A DNA stretch of 64,000 bases from Proteromonas lacertae (taxonomy: Eukaryota): positions 62,001 to 126,000 of the forward strand of contig NGBS01001169.1 in the NCBI GenBank assembly GCA_002245135.1, read 5' to 3'. The translations under genes were made by a program, and so were the position numbers. Below the pieces are notes generated by a model, which was given only the letters and a program-made list of their open reading frames with translations, searched no databases and was not told where the DNA came from. Each line of letters starts with the position of its first letter. Position 1 is the stretch's first letter. Of this stretch, positions 38,654 to 50,881 are shown one piece after another.

Positions 38654-40357
38654 ATGGAATTAGATAATGAGTTGATTTATTCATCAAATAAAAATATTGT
38701 TGGTATTCGCAATTATGTTGTCGAATCTATGAAAGATGGCTCCTCAGAACAAGTAATTATAACAACCAATCTTCAAGTCAGTGTATACGGAATGAAAACA
38801 AAAAAAATATTATATAATTGGACAATAAATCCATCTTCTAGTGAAATATTCACTCATCCTACCATTTTTGATTCTAACAACAGGTATAAATGTTCTATAT
38901 TTATTTATTATCAGTCGTTGCTTTTCAATATATAATAAAACAAAATTAGTCTGTTGGAATATAAAAGATCACTCATATACCAGTTTTGTGGTGCCATGAC
39001 CTTAAGAATGAAGTTTTTGAATTCTTTTCAATATCACAATATCCTGATTCATTATTTGTAATATACAAAAATAATAAAGTGAGTTGGTATACTTAATTAT
39101 TGTCTAATTTACTAGTATCAATACCTCTACATTAGAATCTTATGATACAGTTGAGCTAAAGAACAAAACAAACACAATATTATCATATGAAATAGTCAAA
39201 TTAAAGAACAATGATGTAATTCTGATTTTGAATTGTGAAACAAACAAGAAAACGTATATATATATATACTTTTTTATCTTATAAAAACCAATAGAGTGGA
39301 GATAATATATATGAAATTTGTAATGATAAAAAGTGGAATAGTTCTCCGTTATAGTAATAATTATGAAATACCAAGTGATATACTTCAACTTAAAGATTCA
39401 ACTCAATTGTATATACATTTAAACATAACTGAATTACTATTGACTTTACTAATAAAAGATACATCAGAAATGATTAATTATAAGTATGAAGAGAAAAACA
39501 ATTGGTTTTTAACTCCACCAAAATTTATCAACAAAAAAACATTAAGTGTTGAAGATAATAATAATAATAATACAATAGAAGAAAAAGGTGGTGAAATAGT
39601 TCAAAAGAAGAAAAGAGTAAAAGTTGACAATAATAATAATTACAATAATAGTAAAAAGAATATATTGTGTAAAAAATACGATAATAATAGTTTCTACTAT
39701 ATAAATAATATTACTAAAATGTTATATATTATTGATGTAAGATATGGTTTAAAAATACAGTCTATTAAAATGAAGAGTGATATAAATGATTTATATAATA
39801 GTTTATTAGTAAAAAGTGATATTTATTATGTTAATGATACAGTATTATATTATTCAAAAACTAATGAAGTAGATAGTTCAATGTCAAATTATTTAATGTA
39901 TAGAAAATATTATTTATTATTTGTTATAGTCAATCGCTTAATAATGAAATTAATCCAGTCGATAATAAAGTAATTCTATTGAACATGAAAGAGAAATTAT
40001 TAGAAATGGAAGAAGGCATTAAAACCAATATTAATTTGAATGAATTAAATCCAAAAGATTATAAAGCAATATTGAATGAAAAGAATTCAAATGACAAAAT
40101 ACAAAAAGTATTTCAATTTTCATTTATGTATTGTATAGTATATAAATGATAATATTAAAGAGTTATCAATAAGAGATATAAACATCATTGGTAAATTCCT
40201 AATCACAAACATTACCAAGTATAAAGACTCATTTACACTTCTCCTAAAAACTAAGAATATTTCATACTTATTATTAACTGATTTATTCAAAGTGTTATTT
40301 GATAATAAAATGATTGATTTAATATTAATGACTTTAGATTATGTTAGAGATTTAAAT

Positions 40358-40395
<38 letters not shown>

Positions 40396-40900
40396 GTAAA
40401 TAGAATCAATATTAGTGGATATATTACTCTATTTCTTCTATCATTTAGATGATAAAAAGTTCAAAGTTAAAGATATAAACAATGAAGTGGAATTATTTGG
40501 ATATTATTTTGGTTTAATATTAAAGTATCCAATTACACACAATTTCTTAAAACAATCGTTTAAAAGAGTAGAAACTAATGTAGTACTTGCTCTATTAAGA
40601 GGTTGTTATTGTTTAGTAATTGATCCACCTAAAACTTTTCCTTTGAATAATATATATGAATGGTTGAATGTAATTATTGATAGTCATTGGAATGATATTG
40701 TTGAATTGAATAAAGAGGATGAGAATAACAAGTCAATTGTGGAATTAGTCAATCATTTGGCCTATGAGATTAATGATATATATAAGATGAATAATGAGAT
40801 GAAGAGACTGTCAGGAGTGGTGAAGCAATTGCTTGAGAACAAGGCAAAGCCATCTAGAGGAATTAGTGATTATTCTATAGAAACATTGATAATTGAGTAA
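38654..40900 (+). CDS. NOL11: NOL11/Utp8-like SSU processome protein (6 introns; +1 break near 38995)
   Basis: N-terminal QVSVY..ILYNW..FTHPTIFD; C-terminal WLNVIIDSH and YSIETLI. Confidence 0.65.
40359..40392. repeat. (TA)n microsatellite inside an intron
   Basis: About 16 TA units directly after the intron's first G. Confidence 0.9.
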
Positions 40901-41003
40901 ATAAATGATTAGATGAAGATTGTTAAGAAATTATTATATTCGTTTTTGATTGATATGTTGATTTTTTATAAATACAAACTAATACAGATAATACAACGTT
41001 CAT

Positions 41004-42298
41004 ATGTATTTTATGAAAGTCTTTTTTTCTCCTTATTTTTGATTCATATATTTGGTGCTATATGTCCAAACAAGTGCAATAGTAATGGTAAATGTACTAA
41101 GTCTGGAGATTGTGAATGTAATCCTGGTTTTGAAGGATACGACTGTCGTTATAGTATTGACATATTTGATTATATAAAAAATAGGACAATGCCCAGTAGG
41201 TCCAAAAATAGCTGATGGTACACTAATAGAATGTAGTGGTAATGGATATTGTGATAGAGACACTGGAAATTGTAAATGTTTTGATGGTTATGACGGTAGT
41301 AAATGCGAGAACATAGCTTGTCCAAATGGCTGCTCAAATCATGGTGTTTGTGTTTCTTCTTCAATGGCTAGATATGTAACGGATAGTAACTATCCTCACT
41401 ATGAATTTGCTACTAATACAGATAAAAATAAATTGGCTTCAGTATTTGTGTGTGTTTGTGAAAGTGATTATACAGGTTATGATTGTAGTGAAAGTATTGT
41501 AATGTTATTTATTATTTACTAGAAAAATGTCCATTGGGTTATAAAAAGATTGGTATTTGTGATGCTCCACAGGATTTACAAATGAAACTAAAAATACCAA
41601 AAATAACAGTTACATCACCATCACCTTCACCTTCACCACCAAAAGCAACACCAGCAGGAGGTACTTATATAGAATATACAGATCCATTTGGTAGTAAATG
41701 GTATTCTAAAAGAATAGAATTAGCTGAAGGTTCAAAAGTACAGAAATACGGGAATGATGAAATGTCTGACACTCCAACCATTGATAAAGATATAATTGAT
41801 TGGAGTAGTATTGAAAAAGATCCACCAACTGAATCATCACTTGATCAGTTTAAATGGTGTTATGTTTTTGTTGATTTCTTATACACTTTACCTCCAGGAA
41901 CAATCGATTTGAAAAATACAACTCTTCATAAGAATGATGTAGATAAAATAACGAGTGGATGTATATTAAAAAGTGATGGAATTTATATACAAGTTGGACC
42001 AACAACTACTCCACCAGATCCAACACCACCAGATCCAGCATTTACTGTTATTTTAAATTTTGGTAAAGATCAAACAGGAGATCAAAGTGGAATTAGATTA
42101 ATAACAAGTAATGATCATAATACAGTTGACAGTGGAATTATTAATACAAACAATTTAATATCTCATAGTGGTGGAATAATAGCAGATTCTAGCAGAGTTA
42201 CTCCAAGTATTTGTAGTGGATTTGGATATTGTGATAAAACAACTGGTAAATGCAAATGTTATGATGGTTATAAAGGCTATGCTTGTAATAATAATTAA
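41004..42298 (+). CDS. Secreted EGF-repeat protein of the stramenopile Sig/Ocm (tubular mastigoneme) type (2 introns)
   Basis: CPNKC..DCRYRQCPVG..ECSGNGYCDRDTGNCKCFDGYDG..CPNGCSNHGVC..DCSEKKCPLG..YTDPFGSKWYS..CSGFGYCDKTTGKCKC. The signal peptide needs one extra T in the T7 run at 41022-41028; otherwise an upstream ATG is used. Confidence 0.75.
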
Positions 42299-42387
42299 TC
42301 TAATAATTTCATATTTATATCTATTATTTTATTATTTCTTTTTCTATAAAAAACAAATAACAAAAGAAAATCAATAAAAATATAAAT

Positions 42388-44152
42388 TTAATAACTTCTT
42401 CCCCATAAAGCATGAGTTGTAGCATCTCTTCCACAAGAAAAACACTTTGTTCCTGGTAATAATGGCTCTTGTGCGAATGGAATACACAATGTCTTTGCTG
42501 CTCCTGATAAAGCTGGTTGACTAAATTCACCATCTTCACCTTCATTTTCATTACCTTCTGTTGTATTAGTTGCTGTTGTTTCTGGAGTTGTTGAATTTTG
42601 TGTCTTTTCTTTCACTTCTTCTTCACATTCTATTCTTTCACACCATGGAGCTAATACTAAATTCTTCTTATCTAAAGCTGGAATAAAATCTTCCCATCTA
42701 TTTTAATTAATATAATAATAATAATATATACTTTTCAACATGGACAATATGTTCATCTCTCACTCTTCTTGCTTTATCCAATAAACTCTCTTGAATCTCT
42801 GTTAATAAGTTGCTAATATCATCAACAAACTTATCCCAAGCAATTGATATTTTACCTTCTTTAGTGGGAATATCTCTTCTGGATACTAATACGGTATGAT
42901 TTTTCATATCTCTTCCACCAATTTCTACACGAATTGGAACTCCTTTTTGTTCCCAATGATTGTATTTCCAACCAGCAGTGTAATTCTCACGTAAATCCAT
43001 TTCAGCTCTGATTCCTACTTTCTTTAATTCTTCACATAATTCTTTACACTATTATAAATAATAATAAAAATAAAATAAATAATAATAATACTTTATCATC
43101 AATAGCTTTAGTATCTTCTTTACTTTCTTTTGCTTTAAATATTGGAACAAATATCACTTGAACTGGAGCAACTCTTGGTGGTAATACCAATCCAATATTA
43201 TCACCATGTACCATTATCATCACACCAATTGTACGTGTAGTTAATCCCCAACTGTTCTGCCAAGGCATTCTAATTGTACCATCTTCATCACTGAAATTAA
43301 TATTAAACATCTTAGCGAAGTTTTGTCCTAGACTATGAGAAGTGCCTCCTTGAATAGCTCTACCGTTTGTTGGAATAAATGCTTCTACTGTCGTGGTATA
43401 TACACCACCTGCAAACTTTTCTTTTTCTGATTTTCTGCCTTTGATTACTGGAACTGCTAATAATTCTTCATATATGCTGGCATAGTAATCTAATATTTCT
43501 ATTACCTCTTTATCTGCTTCTTCTTTTGTAACAAAGGCACTGTGACCTTCTTGCCATAAGAACTCTCTTGTTCTTAAGAATGGAGTTGGATGTTTGAATT
43601 CCCAACGTACAACGTTTGTCCATTGATTGAGTCTTAATGGTAAATCACGATGACTACGAATCCAACGTGCATATGCTATAAAATACATATAATTAACAAT
43701 TTATACAAGGATAAATGATAGTTTCACTAGTTGGACGAATTGCAATTGGTTCTGGTAAATCTGAAGTGCCACTCTTAGTAACCCATGCAACTTCTGGTGC
43801 AAAACCTTCAACATGTTCTTTTTCTTTTTCTAATACGCTTCTTGAAACAAACATTGGAAAATAGGCATTTTTAACACCACTTTTTGTAATTTTATCATTA
43901 AAGAATTTTTGAATTTCTTCCCAAATTGAGTATGACCTATAATTCAATAAAAAATATCTAAATACCATGGACGAAGAATATAACATCCTGATATATCATA
44001 ATAATCAATGAGCTCAGAGCTTTTTAAAACATCTGTATACCAATTTGCGAAATCTTCATCTTTCTTATGTGTGATTGAAAGACCAGTCTCCTTCTTTGCT
44101 GATTCTATTACAAACAGTTAATGCATTTTCATATACTATTATCCTTTGACAT
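42388..44152 (-). CDS. ProRS: Cytosolic prolyl-tRNA synthetase (5 introns)
   Basis: [44 protein letters not shown]-terminal WGRSY. Confidence 0.98.
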
Positions 44153-44294
44153 ATCTGGTTAATGAGATAAAAGCAAAAATGCAAAATTCAACTCAAGCTT
44201 CTTTGTCAAGCTGATTTATATTTTTCCGATTATAATTTGAACAAAGTAAAAAATTCAGAAGATAAATAATATAAACAATAAATTAGTTTTTAAT

Positions 44295-45360
44295 TTAACA
44301 TTTTTTGATATTTTTGAACCAATGGATAGTCATTTGTTAAACATATTCTATAATATAATTATATTGAAATAATATATACGTAAATGATCTATTAATGCAA
44401 TATAGATGATCTTTTTCCAAATCATCAATCACATCATCCAATAAATGTGCTCTATCAACATCGTGACCTATTTAAATGCAGTTATAATATGAATAGCATA
44501 CCATCCAAACATGAATAAATAGAAATATGAATGTGAAAATACCAAAATGATGGAAAATAATGAATATAAAATCTAAGTTCATTCTTATTTATATGATATT
44601 TTTCTTCAACTATTTCTTCTACTTTCTTTTTAATACATTTCAACAATGGTATATGTTCATTTCTTAGATCTCTTATTGATCTTAATTTCTCATTATAAGT
44701 TAATACCAATAATTTAAATGATGAAATATTGGATGGATCAAAATCTGGACTTTGAGTAATGATAAATTCCAACTAAACAATTATATATATCAATAAATAA
44801 TCATACACCTTTAGTATTTTCTTTATATAATATTTCTTCGCCTTTCAAATCACCTTTTGAATATAATAAATCTTTGATCCAATCATTATCTGAATCAGGA
44901 AATGAGTTTATAAAAGGTAATGTTACTTTTTCATATAAATCTTTAGTTTCTCTTATAAAGACTTTAGGTTTTTCTGTTGCTCTTTTTATTATTTGTGGAG
45001 TTGGATTAGTAATAATACAAGCCATATATGACGGAAATGTTGTTGGAGGAGATAATCTGCAAAAACTAATTAAAGCTACTAATAATACTCATAATAATGA
45101 TAATTATTATTCTCTAATGATAGTTTATAAGATGATGAAGAGATAATTGATGAAAGTTTATCAACATCTAGTTCCTTTGGCTTGATTGTTATTACAACTT
45201 CTTTATCATTAATTGTTCCTTTGTATGCACATTTTGTAGTTGTATTAGTCAGACATTCTTGAGATTTGAAATTTGAAATGTTTTTTATCAACAAACTATT
45301 ATGCCATTAGATAATTTATCAATACTTATTTTCTGTATAATCATTTATATTTTCATTCAT
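44295..45360 (-). CDS. DCPS: Scavenger mRNA decapping enzyme DcpS (5 introns)
   Basis: FIRETKDLYEKVTLPFI, LRSIRDL, RFYIHYFPSFWYFHIH, RAHLLDDVI. Confidence 0.88.
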
Positions 45361-45521
45361 TTATCCTATCTTTAGAAAATCGAAAAAGAAAATTCAAGCT
45401 TTCTCAAACTCTTTATATTTTTTTTTCATTTTTCACATCCAATACAACATATTAATAATTAAAAAATAAGTAAATTTGATTTGTATAATGATTTTTATTC
45501 TTAAATTTTAAAAAATATCAG

Positions 45522-48500
45522 TTAATATAAAGATCCAGAATTTGATTGCCATAATAAAACTCTTCCATCTTCACCAGCAGTAATAACAGTACCACCATTA
45601 AATGCTAAGCACAAGACTCCACCTTCATGCTTCTGACCAACGTATATACACTCACCAGTTGTAAAATCCCATAATCTAACAGTACTATCCTGACTAGCAG
45701 ACAATACTTTAGTCATATCCCATTGTACAGCATTCACTTTAGCAGAATGACCTAAAAATGTAACAGTTGGACCAGTAGTTGACTTTCTCAAATCCCATAG
45801 TTTGATAGTTGAATCTTCACTTCCACTTACAATATAATTATCATTACTCTGACAGCATGTGATAGTATCAGTATGATCTTTCAATGTAATAGTACACTCC
45901 CTTGTATTTCTATCCCATATCTTAACAGTACAATCTTCAGAACAGGTAATTACTCGATTATCATCTACTTCAACATTAGTAATACCTCCTTGATGACCAA
46001 CTAATACAGCTAATTGATTACCAGTCTCTGTATCCCACACTCTTAATGTTTGATCTAATGAACCACTATATATACGATTCTCTCTCACTAACATACATTT
46101 CACTGGGAATGTATGACCTGATAATACTTCTAATTGTTTACCTTTATCCAATTGCCAAAGTCTTAAACTATGATCAAAACTACCAGTTACACCTACACAA
46201 CCATTGCTACTACCTTTAATAAACGAACAACAGGAGATTTCTTCTTTATGACCTTTCAAGGATGTTGATGTTGGTCCACTCTTACCTAATAAAGTCTTCT
46301 TTTCTTTATTCAATTGCCAGAACTTTGCAGATCCATCTTTCATACCAGTAATTACTTCATCACCATTCAAAGCTATAGCAGTAACTTCACTACCTGTTTT
46401 TAATAAATGAGTATCCATTCCTAAGTTCATATCCCATACAATGCACGATTTATCATCACTACCAGTGATTGCTCTACTGTCTTGAATAGCTAAACATCTT
46501 ACTGGATCAACATGACCTTCTAATTCTGTCACTTCTAAGTCAACTTCAGGTACAACCATACTACCACATCTATCTCTACTCTTTATTACTGCATCAATGT
46601 TATTCCAATCGTCAGTATCAGTAGAACCATGTCTAGATGATAAGTCATTGCTACTTCCTGAACGATGTTGTAATAAAGTGGCTTTCTTTCTTTCTTGATA
46701 TTTCTTTGATAGTTCTTCGATCAATTGCATTAAATTATTCTTTTGATTTGAATTATAATGTTCTTCTGTGGATATTGTATCTATCAATTGTCTAGCTTGT
46801 TCTAAAGAAGCACCACTATTTAATATTGCATTAATTTGGCTTGTCATTATTTCATAAACTTGTTTTTCTCTCGATCTTTTTGCCTCTATTTCATCTTCTT
46901 TACCAGCACCAGGACCTCCAATCATACTACCTGCTCTCTTTCTACCTGATTGTTTACCTGTTCCTTGAACTTTATCAAATTTTGTGTGGAAAGTTTCATA
47001 CCAAAATGAAGGTCTACTCCATATCTCCTGTCTTCTAATTCTTTTCATTAAATATATTTTACTTTCAATTTCATTACCATTGGGAGTTCTAGCTGCATAT
47101 TTAGTTGGTTGTGTATAAAATGAACTGGCAATATCTATGCATTCTCTAGCATTTGTATAATCATGAGCGAAATCACATTCATTTACCATTGCATTGGTTA
47201 GTCTTACTAGATTCTCAAAATTATCTGAAGTTAATGTCATTCCACCATCTGATCGTTTTAAACCAGGTTGTTTCATAATTAATATCAATAAATCTCTTGG
47301 CATATTTTGATGAAAATCCTCTAATACAATTTCCTAATAAATCCATTGGAACTGTTTCACCTCCGAATATCATTGTTAAACATTGTTGAATCATTGCTTC
47401 TATCTTTGTATCTTCTTCTGATAAGTTTCTATTCTCTATATCATCTAAGAAATGATGTAATTCACCCCAACTTGTGTTCTGTAATTCTTCTACTTTCATC
47501 TTTAATTTTTCTGATATGAATTTCTTTGTAATTTTTCTTGGTTTTGGTATTTTACTTTCATCTAATTTGTATTGAGGTATTTCTGATTCTTTGGTTGTAA
47601 ATAAACTGTATTTATAAGGTGGTAAACTGAAATTCTTTGGTATTTTTCTCAATTCATCTACATTGGGAATTTCAATTCCTTTACTTATAGAATAATAAAT
47701 GGAATGGAAGATTTGATATTCTTCAGAATCATGTCGATCTTTAAACACAGCGAATATCTGTGAATCAAAGAAAGGAGATAAGAATGGTTCAGCATCAGGA
47801 GAAGCATAATCACTAAAGAATTGTTGTTTATTAAATACAGGCATTTTGTCATTTAAGAAGAATAAACAATGATGATAACCATTTAAACTTTCAGCGAAGA
47901 ATCGTACAAAAGATGATCTTATTTGAATTTCAATTTGTTCTTTCTCTGGAGATTCTGTATAAATAAATGTCTTTGGTAAAGGACTATTAAATGAAATAAA
48001 TAAATATATTAAAATAAATATACTGTTCTATTTCTTTTTCATTACTAAAATCATTATACACCAAATTAGGATATAAAGCAGCATATAATGAATGGTACAA
48101 ATTATTCACTTCTTTTGATGGTAAAGGTGGTAATGATTTTAATACACTATCTCCAGATATTTTACCAGTATCAATATCAATCAAGATAACTCCATCATAT
48201 ACACAACTATCAACTTCTCTTAATAAGTCACTGTGAATACCTAAGATGAAAGCTAATGGTGCTTCCATATATTCAATTAAGTGAATTGGTAGGATTGGAA
48301 CATACACTCTTCTCCATGCGAAGGGATAGAGAATACAGTTTAATGCTTCACATATTACCTATTAATAATAATAATAATAATAATATATTTATATATATAT
48401 ACTGTTAATCTATTCAAGTTTTTACTATGAAATATCAATCTTTGTTCAGTACATAAAGCAGTAAACAATGTAACAACATTTCTAATAGAAAAACTACTGA

Positions 48501-49956
48501 ATAATTGTAATAATGGTGATGCTATATATAAATATATAAATAAATATATATATATATATAATAATACATCTTAATGGAAAATCACCAATACAGGGCAATG
48601 CACAACTCAACTGTTTATCATTCAACACAAATGTAACTGACAATGCTCCAGGAATTGGTACAGGAATATCTTGGAACAAATAACCAATATATTTCTCCAT
48701 TTCTTTATGTTGATAATTTGCAATATCTACAAACACATTCAAACATTCAGTAATAACATCCACAAAGGGATATCGTGTAATAAAACATATACAATTTGGA
48801 GCATATATTCTTTTAGATGGTTGACCATTAGACAAAGCATAAGGTGTATAATACTTTCTAAATATCGCATATGATTGATGATCACCTACATTCAATACAC
48901 AAGTATACACTTCATCTTCAGGTGGATTCTTTATTATTAAATTGGTGGGTAACTCATTGTCTTCTTCTTCTAATGAATTGGGATATGGTTCGGGGAATAA
49001 TCTAGTTGCATTTTTGATTAATAATGCAATAAATGTTCTCATAATATCTTCATTACCAAATTTCTTCTCTTTTTCTGGTCGGATTAGGGAGTATAATACT
49101 GCCTTTGCGAAATTGTCAACGTAACTATCATGATCTTCTTCTTCGTCATAATCTGTGACTCTTTGATAGAATCGTGCTATTAGACTTAATAAACTTATTG
49201 ATCTTTCTGGTAATATTTGTACAATTGCTTCTAATGTCAATGTTACATCTTTTACACTTCGATTTCCGACTGACTCTATTTGTGGAATTAAATCATAGGG
49301 TAATATTGGTTCCATTGATTGTAAGTACCTTTTTAATGCTGTTGCTACTATATGAGGACTAGTTGTCTTTGGAATTTCAAAATCTTCATTTTTATGAAAT
49401 AAGTCCAATAATGTATTTACTGCTTTAGCTTCTCCTGCTTTGATGAACAATCCTTCTGTGCCTAGATAGGCTGGATCTAAATATGAAATTGAAACTCGTA
49501 AAGCGTTTGGATATTTTAGATCTTTTACTGAAGGATAACGACTGAAACATTTAATACCATCTATTTATATATACATTTCTTATAAAAATACTTGGGAAAG
49601 CAAACCATTCTAATTTTGTGGGGAATTCGAAATCTTTGAAATCTTTTTGAGGATAACGATAACTAATATCACAATCACAAAAATAAGTATTAGTTTTAGG
49701 ATCACAGCTATAGAAACAAGAATAAACAAAGGTTGATAATACGTGCATGTTCTAGAAACTGGTGTTATTATTGCAAAATAATCTATTAATCTAGTTTCCA
49801 AAACATCTATCAACATAACAAATTAAAGTTATACCATTAGCACTTAAAACTACTGGTTGCTTTGCTGGTTTGGATCTATAATTATAAACATTACACGGTT
49901 CAATACTCTTTAGTCGTAGTAGCCTTTTTAGCAGGTTTTTCTTGTTCGCCTTCCAT
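45522..49956 (-). CDS. DENN-domain protein with a RhoGAP domain inserted in uDENN, a helical SBF2-like region and C-terminal WD40 repeats (7 introns; +1 break near 47300)
   Basis: RLIDYFAII..RYPQKD..WFAFPNG; TEGLFIKAG..ATALKRYL; YAPNCICFITRYPF; YVPILP..EAPLAFILG; repeated GH..WD motifs. Confidence 0.85.
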
Positions 49957-50084
49957 AAGATAGAAGAAAAAGAATCTTAAGGTGCTTGAAAAAGGTACGA
50001 AAAGAATTGCCCCACAAAATTAAAAATGTTTTTTCTCATCTAAAACAACATATTAACTTAGTATGGATTGTTTAATTAAATCAG

Positions 50085-50777
50085 TTACTGTGCAAATAAC
50101 ATTCCCTTCATAACTTTGTTCTTTGTCTCTTCACCAGCTAATATACCAGCAATAGCAAAACCAAATTCAAAAGCAGTACATGGTCCTCGAGATGTTACTA
50201 TACAAAATATATAAAAATTGAATTGATGATACTAACATTATTTGAAATAACAACTCTATCTTCAGAAGGAGTACAATCTTTGAAATTCTTTTCAAATCCC
50301 TATTTCATATTATTATCAATAATCTATATAATACTGGATAACATGTTGCTGTTTCACCTTTTAAAACACCATAAGTTTCTAATGCAACAGCTGGTGATGC
50401 ACAAATAGCACAGACTAATCTACCATCAGTCTTTTGTTTTTTAACCATTTCAGCAAGTGTAGCACTATCTCTAAGATGGTTCTATCAATTATCGTATATT
50501 AATCAATATTTATACAGCACCTGGAAGACCACCTGGTAAAATGATAGCATCAAAGGTTTTAGATTTAACATCAGCAATTAAGTGATCAGCTGTCTATTAA
50601 AAGATAATATGTTATTCTTTATACAATTTCAACGTTGTGAGCAGATTTAATAGTCTTTGATTTCATGACTGAAGCTACAGTTACATCAACACTACATCTT
50701 CTTAAGATATCAATAACTGCAATTGATTCTATATCTTCTGTTCCATCTGCAATTGCCACTAAAGCTGTTTTTGCCAT
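50085..50777 (-). CDS. DJ-1: DJ-1/PfpI (YajL-like) protein (4 introns; missed by the ORF track)
   Basis: ADGTEDIES..IDILRR, IILPGGLPGA, AICASP (catalytic Cys), ATCYP, TSRGPCTAFEF. Confidence 0.93.
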
Positions 50778-50881
50778 TGAGAATGTTATTTAAAAAAAGA
50801 AATAAAAAGATTTTCTAAAGATTTATCAAACAATAATCAAACTTAATTTAATTAAAAAACAATAAAATCAATGTAGTAACC

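Noticed and set aside
38991..39006. 16-nt GT..AG micro-intron that would fix the NOL11 frame
   Set aside because: The GTGCC donor and the size do not match other introns here, and no similar micro-intron explains most of the other breaks.
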